From Dehalococcoidia bacterium (lineage in GTDB: Bacteria > Chloroflexota > Dehalococcoidia > Plut-88900), in assembly GCA_965197645.1 (NCBI GenBank), contig OZ240219.1:1024001-1088000 (forward strand): a stretch of 64,000 nucleotides of DNA, in the 5' to 3' direction. A program made the position numbers and the translations under genes. The notes under the pieces were generated by a model, which searched no databases, was not told the DNA's origin, and saw only the letters and a list, made by a program, of their open reading frames with translations. Of the stretch, positions 18,763 through 27,878 are shown piece after piece (within the stretch, counting starts at the first letter, position 1; every line of letters begins with the position of its first letter).

Positions 18763-20454
18763 CTAGACTCTCATGCTGTCCGGTATGAAGGCTGGGCCGC
18801 CGCTAATGCCCAGCGGCGCGCCATCGGCCCGCCAGCATGCAGCACCGCGTATCAGACCCAACTCCTGATCGTACATGATGCCGTTCATGCCATCGGCGAC
18901 TGTGGGCACCTCTTCCACCTTATGCCCCTTGGAGCCCAGTGAATCACGTATCGGTAGCGGGACGCCCTCTTCGGCTTCCACCTCGTCTCCCTGGGTCCAT
19001 ACCCGGGGCGCCTCCATAGCCTCCTGGAAGCTCATCCCGTGGTCTATGACGTTCAGAATCGCCTGAAGCACGGCGGCGAAAATCCTGGTCCCACCCGGTG
19101 TCCCTAGCGCGAACCAGGGCTTGTCATTCTTGAACACGATAGTGGGCGACATGCTGCTCAGCATCCGTTTCCCCGGGCCTACCGAATTGGGGCGGCCGGG
19201 GTGGGGATCGAACAGGGACATGCAGTCGTTGAGGAACAGTCCTGTGCCCGGCACCACCACTCGAGCGCCGAACGCTTCGTTGATGGTCTGGGTGGCGGTC
19301 ACCACGTTGCCGTCGGCGTCGGCGACGGTGAGATGGGTCGTATTGCGGGACTCGCCGGAGCCAACCGGAATCTGACCTGCGGCGTAGCTCCCCGCCCTGT
19401 GCAGGTCCAGCTCCGAGCGCCGGCCATCCGAGTACTCCTTGGAGGTAAGCCAGCCCACCGGCACGTCGACAACATCGGGGTCGCCCAGGTACTCGAAGCG
19501 GTCAGCCCAGCACACCCGGAGTACCTCCAGCAACAGGTGGAAGTATTCCGCCGTCCCGTAGCCCATACCCCGAAGGTCGAACCCCTCCAGCAGGTTCAGC
19601 GCCTGGATGATGTGAACTCCTCCTGAGCTTGTCGGCCCCATCGACACTATCTCGTGACCCCGGTAGTCCCCGCGGACAGGCTCACGCAATCGCAACTGGT
19701 AGCTGGAGAGATCGTCCATGGTGAGCAGGCCGCCATTGCTGGCAACATCGTCTACCAGGGCCCGGCCTAGGCCGCCGTTGTAGAGGACGTCCGAGCCGCC
19801 CGCTGCGATGAGCCTCAGCGAGTTGGCCGCATCCGACTGTACCAGGACCTCACCCGGTTGGATGGGCCGGTCGTTGGGAAGGAGCAGCGAGGAAGATTCG
19901 GGGAACTTGGCGATGTGCTCCGCCTCCTCGTTTATCCAATGGCACAGATACGGACTGGCCTGGAACCCGTCCTCCGCGTAGCGTATGGCGGGCGCCATGA
20001 CCTGGGCCAGGTCCATCGTGCCGTACTGCTCCAATGCGAAACACCACGCCTTCAACGAGCCCGGCGTCCCCACCGATAGGTACCCGACCCGGTTGGCCAT
20101 TCCCAAGGCCTCCATCGGGCCCGCGGTATCGTCGGGCGTATACATGTCGGCCGAGGCGGCCTTGGGAGCGACGGAGTAGTTATCGATGGTCGTTACCTCT
20201 CCTGTAGAGGCCTGGTAGTAAAGGAGGAAGCCGCCGGCAAGAACGCCCACCATCATTGGCTCGACTACCGTCAGAGCGAAGGCCGAGGCGATGGCCGCAT
20301 CGATGGCGTTGCCGCGACGAGCCAGCATCTCGGCCCCGGCAACCGAGGCCAGCGGATGGTTGGTGCTCACCATCCCCCGAGAGCCTATCGCTTCATGCTT
20401 GGCGCACTCGAACTGCAGGCCTGCCTTGCTCCGCCAATCTTCCCGGTTGGACAC
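18763..20454 (-). CDS. ggt: Gamma-glutamyltransferase family protein
   Basis: GNAIDAAIA, VVEPMM, NTTHL (nucleophile Thr), KRMLSSMSP, GTPGG; GTG 20454 with GGAGG. Confidence 0.9.
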   Translation of the reverse strand: MSNREDWRSKAGLQFECAKHEAIGSRGMVSTNHPLASVAGAEMLARRGNAIDAAIASAFALTVVEPMMVGVLAGGFLLYYQASTGEVTTIDNYSVAPKAASADMYTPDDTAGPMEALGMANRVGYLSVGTPGSLKAWCFALEQYGTMDLAQVMAPAIRYAEDGFQASPYLCHWINEEAEHIAKFPESSSLLLPNDRPIQPGEVLVQSDAANSLRLIAAGGSDVLYNGGLGRALVDDVASNGGLLTMDDLSSYQLRLREPVRGDYRGHEIVSMGPTSSGGVHIIQALNLLEGFDLRGMGYGTAEYFHLLLEVLRVCWADRFEYLGDPDVVDVPVGWLTSKEYSDGRRSELDLHRAGSYAAGQIPVGSGESRNTTHLTVADADGNVVTATQTINEAFGARVVVPGTGLFLNDCMSLFDPHPGRPNSVGPGKRMLSSMSPTIVFKNDKPWFALGTPGGTRIFAAVLQAILNVIDHGMSFQEAMEAPRVWTQGDEVEAEEGVPLPIRDSLGSKGHKVEEVPTVADGMNGIMYDQELGLIRGAACWRADGAPLGISGGPAFIPDSMRV

Positions 20455-20597
20455 TTTGACCTCCTCCGCGCCGTCCCCGTGAGGGTTTCGCAATTGGACG
20501 CGGTCAATATATCACATCGGCCTTCCGTTCCCGCTTATGCTACTATCCCGTCGGAGATGTACCGTATGCAGGGCGGTCAATCAGAGAGGTCTTTATC

Positions 20598-21632
20598 ATG
20601 AAGATGAAATTTAGCGTCGGCATGGGCAGCGGGCTGAGGACCGACGAGGTTGCCGACCTCGCCAAAGTGGTCGAAGGCAGCGGCTTCGACTATCTGACAC
20701 TGGTCGATTCCCCGTCAAGCTCCCGGGACGTCCACGTCATGATGACCCTCGCGGCGATGGCTACCAACCGAATCCGCATTGGCCAGGGGGTGGTCGACCC
20801 GATGACGGTCCACCCGTCGGTATTGGCCAACATGTCGGCGAGCATCGACGAGCTGTCCGGGGGAAGGGCTTTCATCGGCCTGGGCACCGGCAACCCGCTC
20901 AGCAAGCACCGAAAGCCCGCCAGGTTAGCGGAGCTGAGGGAAGCGGTCCGGTTCATCAGGAGCTACATGTCCGGGCAGGAGGCGGAGTTCGACGGGGTAC
21001 GGTCCCACTCCCGGTGGATAACCTCACCTCTGCCCATATACATATCGGCCCACGGCCCCAAGGCGATGCAGCTGGCCGGGGAGGTGGCCGACGGCGTCAT
21101 ATCCCTCTGCGTCCACCCGGAGTACGTGAAGTGGCAGCTGAGGCAGGTGGAGAAGGGGGCGCAGAGGGCGGGACGGGACATGTCCGAGATCGATACGTGG
21201 GCCCGTTGCATGGTCTACGTCGCCGAGTCTAAGGAAGCTGCTCGGCGGGAGACATCTGCCTACCCCTCCAGCTACAAAGACCTTCACCGGCTTCTGTCCC
21301 GGGACGCCCCGGACGTCGAGGACCTGAGAGCGTCCCTGGAGCGAAGCGAGCCGGGCCTCGTGGAGGAGTTGAAGCGGGACTCGAAACGCTTCGCCGATGC
21401 AATGGATCCCGAGCTGGCCGAGACGGTGGACGCGCCCCACTCCAAGGTAGTGACTCAGCGTCTCATCGACTTCTATCACCTGTCGGGTACGCCCGACGAG
21501 ATCTGCGAACGAATTCAGCTGCTGGGCGAGCTGGGCGTCAAGACGATCTCCATGACCGTATACACCATCATCGATAAGCCGGGCATGATCCGAGAGGTGG
21601 GCGACAAGATCATCCCCCGGTTCGGAGGGTAA
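20598..21632 (+). CDS. LLM class flavin-dependent oxidoreductase
   Basis: ATNRIRIGQGV, HPSVLAN, ELSGGRAFIGLG, PIYISAHGPK..LAGEVADG. Confidence 0.9.
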   Translation: MKMKFSVGMGSGLRTDEVADLAKVVEGSGFDYLTLVDSPSSSRDVHVMMTLAAMATNRIRIGQGVVDPMTVHPSVLANMSASIDELSGGRAFIGLGTGNPLSKHRKPARLAELREAVRFIRSYMSGQEAEFDGVRSHSRWITSPLPIYISAHGPKAMQLAGEVADGVISLCVHPEYVKWQLRQVEKGAQRAGRDMSEIDTWARCMVYVAESKEAARRETSAYPSSYKDLHRLLSRDAPDVEDLRASLERSEPGLVEELKRDSKRFADAMDPELAETVDAPHSKVVTQRLIDFYHLSGTPDEICERIQLLGELGVKTISMTVYTIIDKPGMIREVGDKIIPRFGG

Positions 21633-21642
21633 GCAGGGCGAG

Positions 21643-21700
21643 GCCCTGCACCCATAACATGACGGAAGACAAGGCAAAGCCCATTTGCCGGGAGTCTGAG
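21643..21700. repeat. Degenerate copy of the 73-bp unit joined to the inverted arm of the repeat element
   Basis: GCCCTGCACCCATAACATGA matches the array unit; TTTGCCGGGAGTCTGA is the reverse complement of the TCAGACTCCCGGCAAA arm. Confidence 0.75.
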
Positions 21701-21717
21701 ACAGGCTCACCATTATC

Positions 21718-22290
21718 TCATTTGGGAGCCCGGAAGCAGGTGGAAACGTGGTCGTCGACCATGGCTATCGACTGCATGAACGCGTAGCAGATGGTGCTCC
21801 CAATGAACTTGAATCCCCGCTTCTTGAGGTCCTTGGACATGGCGTCCGATTCGGGGCTGGTGGCGGGAATGCGGTCCCAGGTCAAGACTCCAGGAGCACG
21901 CAAGGTCTTGTGGCCGGTGAACTGCCAGATGTAGTTATCGAAGGTGCCGAACTCCTTCTGGGCCTCCAGGAACCGGTTGGCGTTGTTGATCATAGCGTTG
22001 ATCTTCAGCCGGTTTCGGATGATCCCGGCATTGTCCAGCAGCCGCTTCACGTCAGCATCACCGTACTTGGAGACCTTGAGAACGTCGAAGTTGTCGCAGG
22101 CCTCACGGTAGGCCTGACGCTTGTGCAGCACCGTGCGCCATGACAGGCCCGCCTGCGCTCCCTCCAAACAGAGCATCTCGAACAGGTCGCGTTCGTCATG
22201 GGTCGGGGTGCCCCACTCCTCGTCGTGGTAGCTCATCATCAACGGGTCATCTTCGTCCCCGAAGCACCGAATGACCTGCTCTTCGGCCAC
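21718..22290 (-). CDS. tag: DNA-3-methyladenine glycosylase I
   Basis: RC...YHDEEWG, LEGAQAGLSW, IIRNRLKI, GFKFIGSTICYAFMQ, DDHVSTC; GTG 22290. Confidence 0.93.
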   Translation of the reverse strand: MAEEQVIRCFGDEDDPLMMSYHDEEWGTPTHDERDLFEMLCLEGAQAGLSWRTVLHKRQAYREACDNFDVLKVSKYGDADVKRLLDNAGIIRNRLKINAMINNANRFLEAQKEFGTFDNYIWQFTGHKTLRAPGVLTWDRIPATSPESDAMSKDLKKRGFKFIGSTICYAFMQSIAMVDDHVSTCFRAPK

Positions 22291-22316
22291 GGTCCACCTG
22301 CCTTTCGATCTAGCTG

Positions 22317-23102
22317 TTACCGGTCCGGGCTGGCAAGGGTCACGCCGCCATCCACCGGCAGCAGCACCCCGGTGACCCATCGGGCCTCGTCGCTGGCAAG
22401 ATAGACGGCCGCCCAGGCGATATCCCAGGCGTTGCCCTCGATCTTCAGCGGCGATGCCAGCCGCCGCCTCTCCCTCAGCTCTGCGTCCATGCCGGGAGCG
22501 ACCATCGAGGTGTAGGCGGGCCCGGGCATTATGCAGTTCACCCTGACCCCGTCACCGGCGTGATCGATGGCCATCGCCTGGGTGAGTGCAGCAACACCGG
22601 CCTTCGACACGCTATAGGAGGTCAGCCCCCGGGGCCTGATCGCCGAGATAGATGAGATGTTGATCACCGAACCGCCGCCACCTTCGATCATTTTCGGGAT
22701 GGCGTACTTGCCCGTGAGGACCATGCTCTTCAGGTTGACGCGCATCACCCGGTCCCATTCCTCTTCATCCACCTCCACCACTGTTCCGGCGCCGCCAATA
22801 CCGACGTTGTTGTGCAGGATGTCCAATCTGCTGTATCGCAGGACTGCGGCCTCGACCATTGCTTGGCAGTCGGCTGCTAGGCTAACGTCGGCTCGGAAGG
22901 GGGACGCTTCGCCACCCTCGGAGGCTATCTGTTCGACGGTCTCCTCGGCCCGTTCGAAGACCGCGTCCACCACCAGCACCTCGGCGCCCTCACGAGCGAA
23001 GAGGATGGCGGCGGCCTTTCCGTTGCCCATAACCGAAGCCTGGGAGCCGCCGCCCGTGACGATGGCTACCTTCTCCTCCAGGCGGGATCTACGCTGCTCC
23101 AT
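22317..23102 (-). CDS. SDR family oxidoreductase
   Basis: VTGGGS...GNG, HNNVG, YSVSK, VNCIMPG, PVDGG. Confidence 0.92.
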   Translation of the reverse strand: MEQRRSRLEEKVAIVTGGGSQASVMGNGKAAAILFAREGAEVLVVDAVFERAEETVEQIASEGGEASPFRADVSLAADCQAMVEAAVLRYSRLDILHNNVGIGGAGTVVEVDEEEWDRVMRVNLKSMVLTGKYAIPKMIEGGGGSVINISSISAIRPRGLTSYSVSKAGVAALTQAMAIDHAGDGVRVNCIMPGPAYTSMVAPGMDAELRERRRLASPLKIEGNAWDIAWAAVYLASDEARWVTGVLLPVDGGVTLASPDR

Positions 23103-23126
23103 TCGCCTTACCCTCGATACCGGTCT

Positions 23127-25664
23127 CTATCTTCCACTATCGAGCCTGGACTGGACAGCCTCCCGCGCTTGGAGAAGGGGCCGCTGGAGGTAGGCCATGT
23201 GGTCGTCCTCACTGTGGTGATGGGTAACCGTGCCCGGCTGGTAGTGCCGGGCGATCTCCTGCATGTAGGTCAGGCTGCCATCGATGAGGGTAAGCATGTA
23301 CTGCGCTACGTCCTCGTCGTACATGGCCCACTCGCCTCCACAGGCCAGGTATACCGGCGAGGTGTGAGCGAAAACGCCCCTGGTCCACGCGTCATGATGA
23401 AGGGTACTTTCGTAGTAGTTGGGGCCGCCGCACCGGGCCGCCAGCCACGAGTGACCGTCTATCACGATCTTTTCCTTCAACTCCAGCCTTCGAGCGCCCT
23501 GAGGGTTTTCAGTCGAGGCCACGACCTGGCCGTTTCGGACGATCTCCAGTGTGTGGATGGGGAAGATGCTCTCGGCCCACGCCTCCACCTCGACGGCGCC
23601 GGGGCTGGACATCTCCAACGTATCGCCGATGGAGCGCCCGTCCACGGTGATGTTGATCATCGGACCGCCGGTGGCGAAGGTCCTGCCGGCGGCGACACTG
23701 TGGCGCCAGTTATCGTAGGTGAACTCCTGGTCATCGGGCACGTAGGCGTATGTTCGGTACATTCCCACCGCCACGTCGCTGGACATCTTGTCCGTCCCGC
23801 CCAGAAGGGGGATTCGATAGCCGCAGTTCAGGTACCGATAGTACTCTATGTGGTTGTACTCCATGTGGTGAATCATCTCGACGCCATCGATGCGTCCGGT
23901 GGCGATGAGGGCGGCAGGCTCACCGTTGGGAGAGGGGAAGTGGGGCAGGATGACGGTGCCGCCCTGCTCGTGGGCCTGGTCCGCCCAGTAGCTCAGGGCG
24001 GTCTGCATGGTGCCGGACAGCTCGGCTTCTACGGGGCCGTCGCTGCACCAGGGCATGATCGGCTCCTTGAGACCCCAGAGGATGGTGTGGCCCAGCATAT
24101 GCTGCCGGTTCTCCTGGGATACGTAGACGATGTTGTCGCCGGACTGGGAGATGCTGGGTGAGCCGGTAAAGTCCTCGGTGTTGGTGAACAGGGCGCCCCA
24201 CTGGGACTGGAGCAGGTTGACTACGTTCAGGTCCTCGGCCTGAGACTCCCGGTGGCTGCCCTGGGGCGATAGGAAATGGACGTGGGAGTCGCCGCTGAAC
24301 CAGCGTTGCCGGTTCATGTTGGTCCAGCGTTTGATGCGTAGGACCAGCTCCTGCTGACCCGGTTCGATGTGGACATTCGTGCGCAGCGGGTCGTACTCGA
24401 ATCCCCGGGCCACGTCGACGATGACCTCGCCGCGGGGCAGCCATCCCTGGCAGGTACCGTCTATGCAGGCGTAGGTTATCTGGCCCAGCTTCACGTCTCC
24501 GCCGTTATCGAAATGCCAGGTATCCAGGCCCGAGTTGAGGTGGTTGTGGTGTCCATGCGGCTGGTAGGGCACCCCTTCCGGCGAGCGAAAATGGACGCGG
24601 CAGGGGACCGGCTGGCCGGTGTCGTCGTCAAGGACCCGGGTACGGACCCAGTTCCTTCCCCTGTCCAGTAGCCGGACCTGCATAGCCCCCGAGGCCACAG
24701 CACCCTTGTCCTCCAGCTCGCCCCAGTTGAAGGAGCCGACCTCTCGGCCGTTCTGGCTCACGTTCACCGTGGCCGATGGCGTAGCCGAGACCTCGACGTA
24801 AGTGGGGCTGGCTTGCCGATTAGGTCTCTCTCCCCAGCCTTTGAGTGGGTCGTCGATGAACCGGTCCGCCGGATCCCTGGGCAGGGGTTGCGGATAGGTG
24901 GCCTCCCCCCGGTCCACCGCAACCTCAATGTCGAACTTTTCGTCGGCGGTTTCCCGAGCGGTCAGGGTCAGCTCAACCTCTCGAGTGCCCTGCCTGGGAA
25001 AGGGGTGCTCATCGAGGAGCCCCAGCGTTATGCCGGCCACCAGGAACCGGGGGCCTTTGGGCACAAGCTCGATGTACTCGATACGCCGGTCGGGATGGGG
25101 ATTGTTCCAACACCAGAGGTAGTAGCTGATGGGATAGTCTTCCCCGGTGCCCGTTTGCCGCAGACCCGCAAGCTCCCAGGGCCCCTCGTAGCGGGGCATC
25201 AGTTCATCTTTCACGTTCGGCAGGGCAAGGAAGGGGAAGCCCATCCCCCATTCGTTTGGTAGATAGACCAGCTCGAACCGCTCCCGTATCGGAGCGACTA
25301 TTCGCAGCCCACCCTCCATGTGGAACACGTAGTGGGCGACCAGCTCGCCCATCTTGCCGCCGCGCATAAGCTCCGACTCCAGCAGTCGATGCGCAACGAT
25401 TATCTTGGGCGCTGGTTGGCCAACGGGAATGGTCACCGGGGCGTCCCCAGCCGTTAGCTCGATGAAGCAGGCATCATCGGGCCCCGGTTCCGGTTTGCCT
25501 ACGAGGAAGGGGAGGCCGCGGAAGGACTGGCTGCCTACAGGCGCCTCCAGGAGGGGCTTGCCGCCCGGGAAAGAGCCGCCGGACGGCGATGCCTGCCTGC
25601 GGCTCGCTTCGGCCCTGCTGCTGTTGCAGAGTGAGGACAGTTCCAGGGGTTGGTAACCGTTCAT
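23127..25664 (-). CDS. CehA/McbA family (PHP-like) metallohydrolase
   Basis: PVPCRVHF, VARGFEY, WFSGDSHVHF, ENRQHMLGH, YYRYLNCG..GGTD, HTSPVY. Confidence 0.8.
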   Translation of the reverse strand: MNGYQPLELSSLCNSSRAEASRRQASPSGGSFPGGKPLLEAPVGSQSFRGLPFLVGKPEPGPDDACFIELTAGDAPVTIPVGQPAPKIIVAHRLLESELMRGGKMGELVAHYVFHMEGGLRIVAPIRERFELVYLPNEWGMGFPFLALPNVKDELMPRYEGPWELAGLRQTGTGEDYPISYYLWCWNNPHPDRRIEYIELVPKGPRFLVAGITLGLLDEHPFPRQGTREVELTLTARETADEKFDIEVAVDRGEATYPQPLPRDPADRFIDDPLKGWGERPNRQASPTYVEVSATPSATVNVSQNGREVGSFNWGELEDKGAVASGAMQVRLLDRGRNWVRTRVLDDDTGQPVPCRVHFRSPEGVPYQPHGHHNHLNSGLDTWHFDNGGDVKLGQITYACIDGTCQGWLPRGEVIVDVARGFEYDPLRTNVHIEPGQQELVLRIKRWTNMNRQRWFSGDSHVHFLSPQGSHRESQAEDLNVVNLLQSQWGALFTNTEDFTGSPSISQSGDNIVYVSQENRQHMLGHTILWGLKEPIMPWCSDGPVEAELSGTMQTALSYWADQAHEQGGTVILPHFPSPNGEPAALIATGRIDGVEMIHHMEYNHIEYYRYLNCGYRIPLLGGTDKMSSDVAVGMYRTYAYVPDDQEFTYDNWRHSVAAGRTFATGGPMINITVDGRSIGDTLEMSSPGAVEVEAWAESIFPIHTLEIVRNGQVVASTENPQGARRLELKEKIVIDGHSWLAARCGGPNYYESTLHHDAWTRGVFAHTSPVYLACGGEWAMYDEDVAQYMLTLIDGSLTYMQEIARHYQPGTVTHHHSEDDHMAYLQRPLLQAREAVQSRLDSGR

Positions 25665-25775
25665 ACGAGGACCTCCCTTGGGCCGGTTGTGCTGCTACCC
25701 GATACTGCCCATTGTATCTCAATAGCAGGAACGGGTTGCTCAGATTCGCAGCGAAATTATGTTACCGACGCATCG

Positions 25776-26110
25776 GGGGCTCGCCCCTCTGCACACTCCG
25801 TGTTCCATCGGCCTGTTAGTGGCGGCTCTGATGGGTGTCTGCGGATGCAATTCGGGAGGGTGGCACATTCCGCTTAGGATGGGGTACCTTCAATCTACAC
25901 AGGCCCTGGTCACTTGGAAGAAGGCCTGCCCTAAGATTGCCACGCTCCGACGTTGTCGGGGCTCGCAATGACGAGGGTATGTACCCAGTCGAACGATCGT
26001 GGTCGTTGCGAGCGAGGGGGAGTTCGTCCTGAGGAGGTCGAAGGAAGCGAAGCAATCTGGTCGGCTTCGACCATCCCTCCGGCCCTCTTCCTGGCCAGGA
26101 AGAGGGCCGG
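25776..26110. repeat. Cluster of palindromic REP-like repeats
   Basis: GCCCCTCTGCACA arm (~25783); GATTGCCACG..GCTCGCAATGAC unit (25935..); GTCGTTGCGAGC..GCGAAGCAATC unit; 32-bp perfect palindrome 26079..26110. Confidence 0.8.
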
Positions 26111-26213
26111 GCCTCGCCCTGCCCCTAGCACAGAGTTTGGGGGACGTGCCCCCAAAATCCAAATCGTCCCAGGGTGGGTGGGTGGAAGAACAAACGCGGG
26201 GGAGGGGGGCGGG

Positions 26214-27842
26214 CTACTCCGCCCCGTGGACGATCTCGCCGTCCAGTACCGTCATCGCCACCGACAGGTTTCTTATCTCTTCGCCCTGGGCCGAAAGAAG
26301 GTCTCCATCGATGACCGCCAGGTCGGCGGCCTTACCCACCTCGATGGACCCCTTTTCCTTCTCCTGGAAAACGCTGTAGGCGGCGTTGATCGTGTACCCC
26401 CTTATCGCCTCCTCCACCGTGATGCGTTCCGCCTTGCCACAGTCCTGCCCCTCCATCGTGACCCGAGACACCGCCGTGGCGATGTTGTCCAGCGGCCGGA
26501 ACGTGACCACGGACCAATCGGTGCTGAGCACTATGGGCATACCCAGGTCCAGCTCCGACCGCAGGGGTATCAACCCCTTGGCCCGCTCCTCGCCAAGGCT
26601 GGAGAGGAACCCGGCCCCGTTGGCGTAGATGTAGTGGGGTTGGGAGATGGGGATGATGCCCAGCCTGGCGATCCGCTCCAGCTGGCTGGAGGTCGGGTAG
26701 CCGGCGTGCTCGATCCTGTGGCGATGGTCCTCGCGAGGGTGGTCCTTGAGTATCTCCTCGTAGGACCGGATCAGCATCTCCATCGCCCTGTCCCCCTGGG
26801 TGTGGGTGCCAGTCTGAAGCCCGGCGGTGTGGGCATCCTCCAGCAGGTCCTTCAACTCGTCCTGGGTCCAGAAGGTGTAGCCCCGCTCCCCGGTGTTGTG
26901 GTAGGGCTCTTCGAAGGCGGCGGTGCACCCGATGAGCGTACCATCCGAGTAGCACTTGATCGGCCCTATTGAGAGCCACTCATCGCCCATCATGCCGGTC
27001 AGACCCAGCTTCTTGACGTCCTGAAGGTGGTTGGAAAGGTACATGCAGCGGGTCTTGATTCGCAGCAGCCCCCGCCTTTTTGCCTCGATATAGCCGGGCA
27101 TCTCCCGGGAAGTGACCTGAGGGTCGACCACCGAGGTCAGACCCTCCTTGTGGAACTCCTTACACGCGATGTCTACGGCCCTGAGCATCTCGTCCATGGT
27201 TAGAGGAATACCGCCCGATGGGCCGTGGCTGCCGACGTCAACCGTATCCTTGACCAGCACCTGCTGGGCCGAATCCTGGAGCATTCCCGTCAACCGGCCC
27301 TTATCGTCTCGAACGAAGACCCCGCCCTTCGGGTCGGGTATGGTGTCGGGAATCTCCTGCATCTCCAGCGCCTTGGAGTTGACCAGGGCAAAGTGGCCCG
27401 ACGTGTGGGTGATGTAGACGGGATGGCTCCTGGACACCTCATCGATGTCCCAGCGGGTGGGCATGCGGCCCTCGGGATACTTGGCGTAGTCCATTCCCCA
27501 GCCCTTGATCCACTCGCCTTCGGGGGTGTTCTCGGCGGCTTGTGCGATGGTGGAGGCCAGCTCTTCTATGGAGCCTACAGCCGGGTACTTGACGTCTGCC
27601 TGCTCCAATGTCGATCCGCCGAGGAGCATATGATTGTGGGCGTCCATGAACCCCGGGATCAGGGTCTTCCCCTCGATATCGATTACCCTGGTGTCCTGGG
27701 GAAGCCGTTTGCGGACCTCCTCGGCGGGCCCAACGGCGCTGATCCTGTTGTCCTCCACGTAGACGCCGCTGGTGATTGTATTCTTATCGTCGGCCGTAAA
27801 GACCTTGCCGCCAAGAAAAGCGAGTCTGGTTTGCGCCGGCAT
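26214..27842 (-). CDS. Amidohydrolase 3 family (YtcJ-like) metallohydrolase
   Basis: PGFMDAHNH, IKCYSDG, HTQGDRA, HRIEHA, STDW, YTINAA, GSIEVGKAADL. Confidence 0.92.
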   Translation of the reverse strand: MPAQTRLAFLGGKVFTADDKNTITSGVYVEDNRISAVGPAEEVRKRLPQDTRVIDIEGKTLIPGFMDAHNHMLLGGSTLEQADVKYPAVGSIEELASTIAQAAENTPEGEWIKGWGMDYAKYPEGRMPTRWDIDEVSRSHPVYITHTSGHFALVNSKALEMQEIPDTIPDPKGGVFVRDDKGRLTGMLQDSAQQVLVKDTVDVGSHGPSGGIPLTMDEMLRAVDIACKEFHKEGLTSVVDPQVTSREMPGYIEAKRRGLLRIKTRCMYLSNHLQDVKKLGLTGMMGDEWLSIGPIKCYSDGTLIGCTAAFEEPYHNTGERGYTFWTQDELKDLLEDAHTAGLQTGTHTQGDRAMEMLIRSYEEILKDHPREDHRHRIEHAGYPTSSQLERIARLGIIPISQPHYIYANGAGFLSSLGEERAKGLIPLRSELDLGMPIVLSTDWSVVTFRPLDNIATAVSRVTMEGQDCGKAERITVEEAIRGYTINAAYSVFQEKEKGSIEVGKAADLAVIDGDLLSAQGEEIRNLSVAMTVLDGEIVHGAE

Positions 27843-27878
27843 GTTCTCCTCCGGGAGCGGACTTGGAAGCTGGGCCTG

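Noticed and set aside
25650-26213. Short ORFs in the intergenic region
   Set aside because: Explained by the palindromic repeat cluster; no coding signatures.
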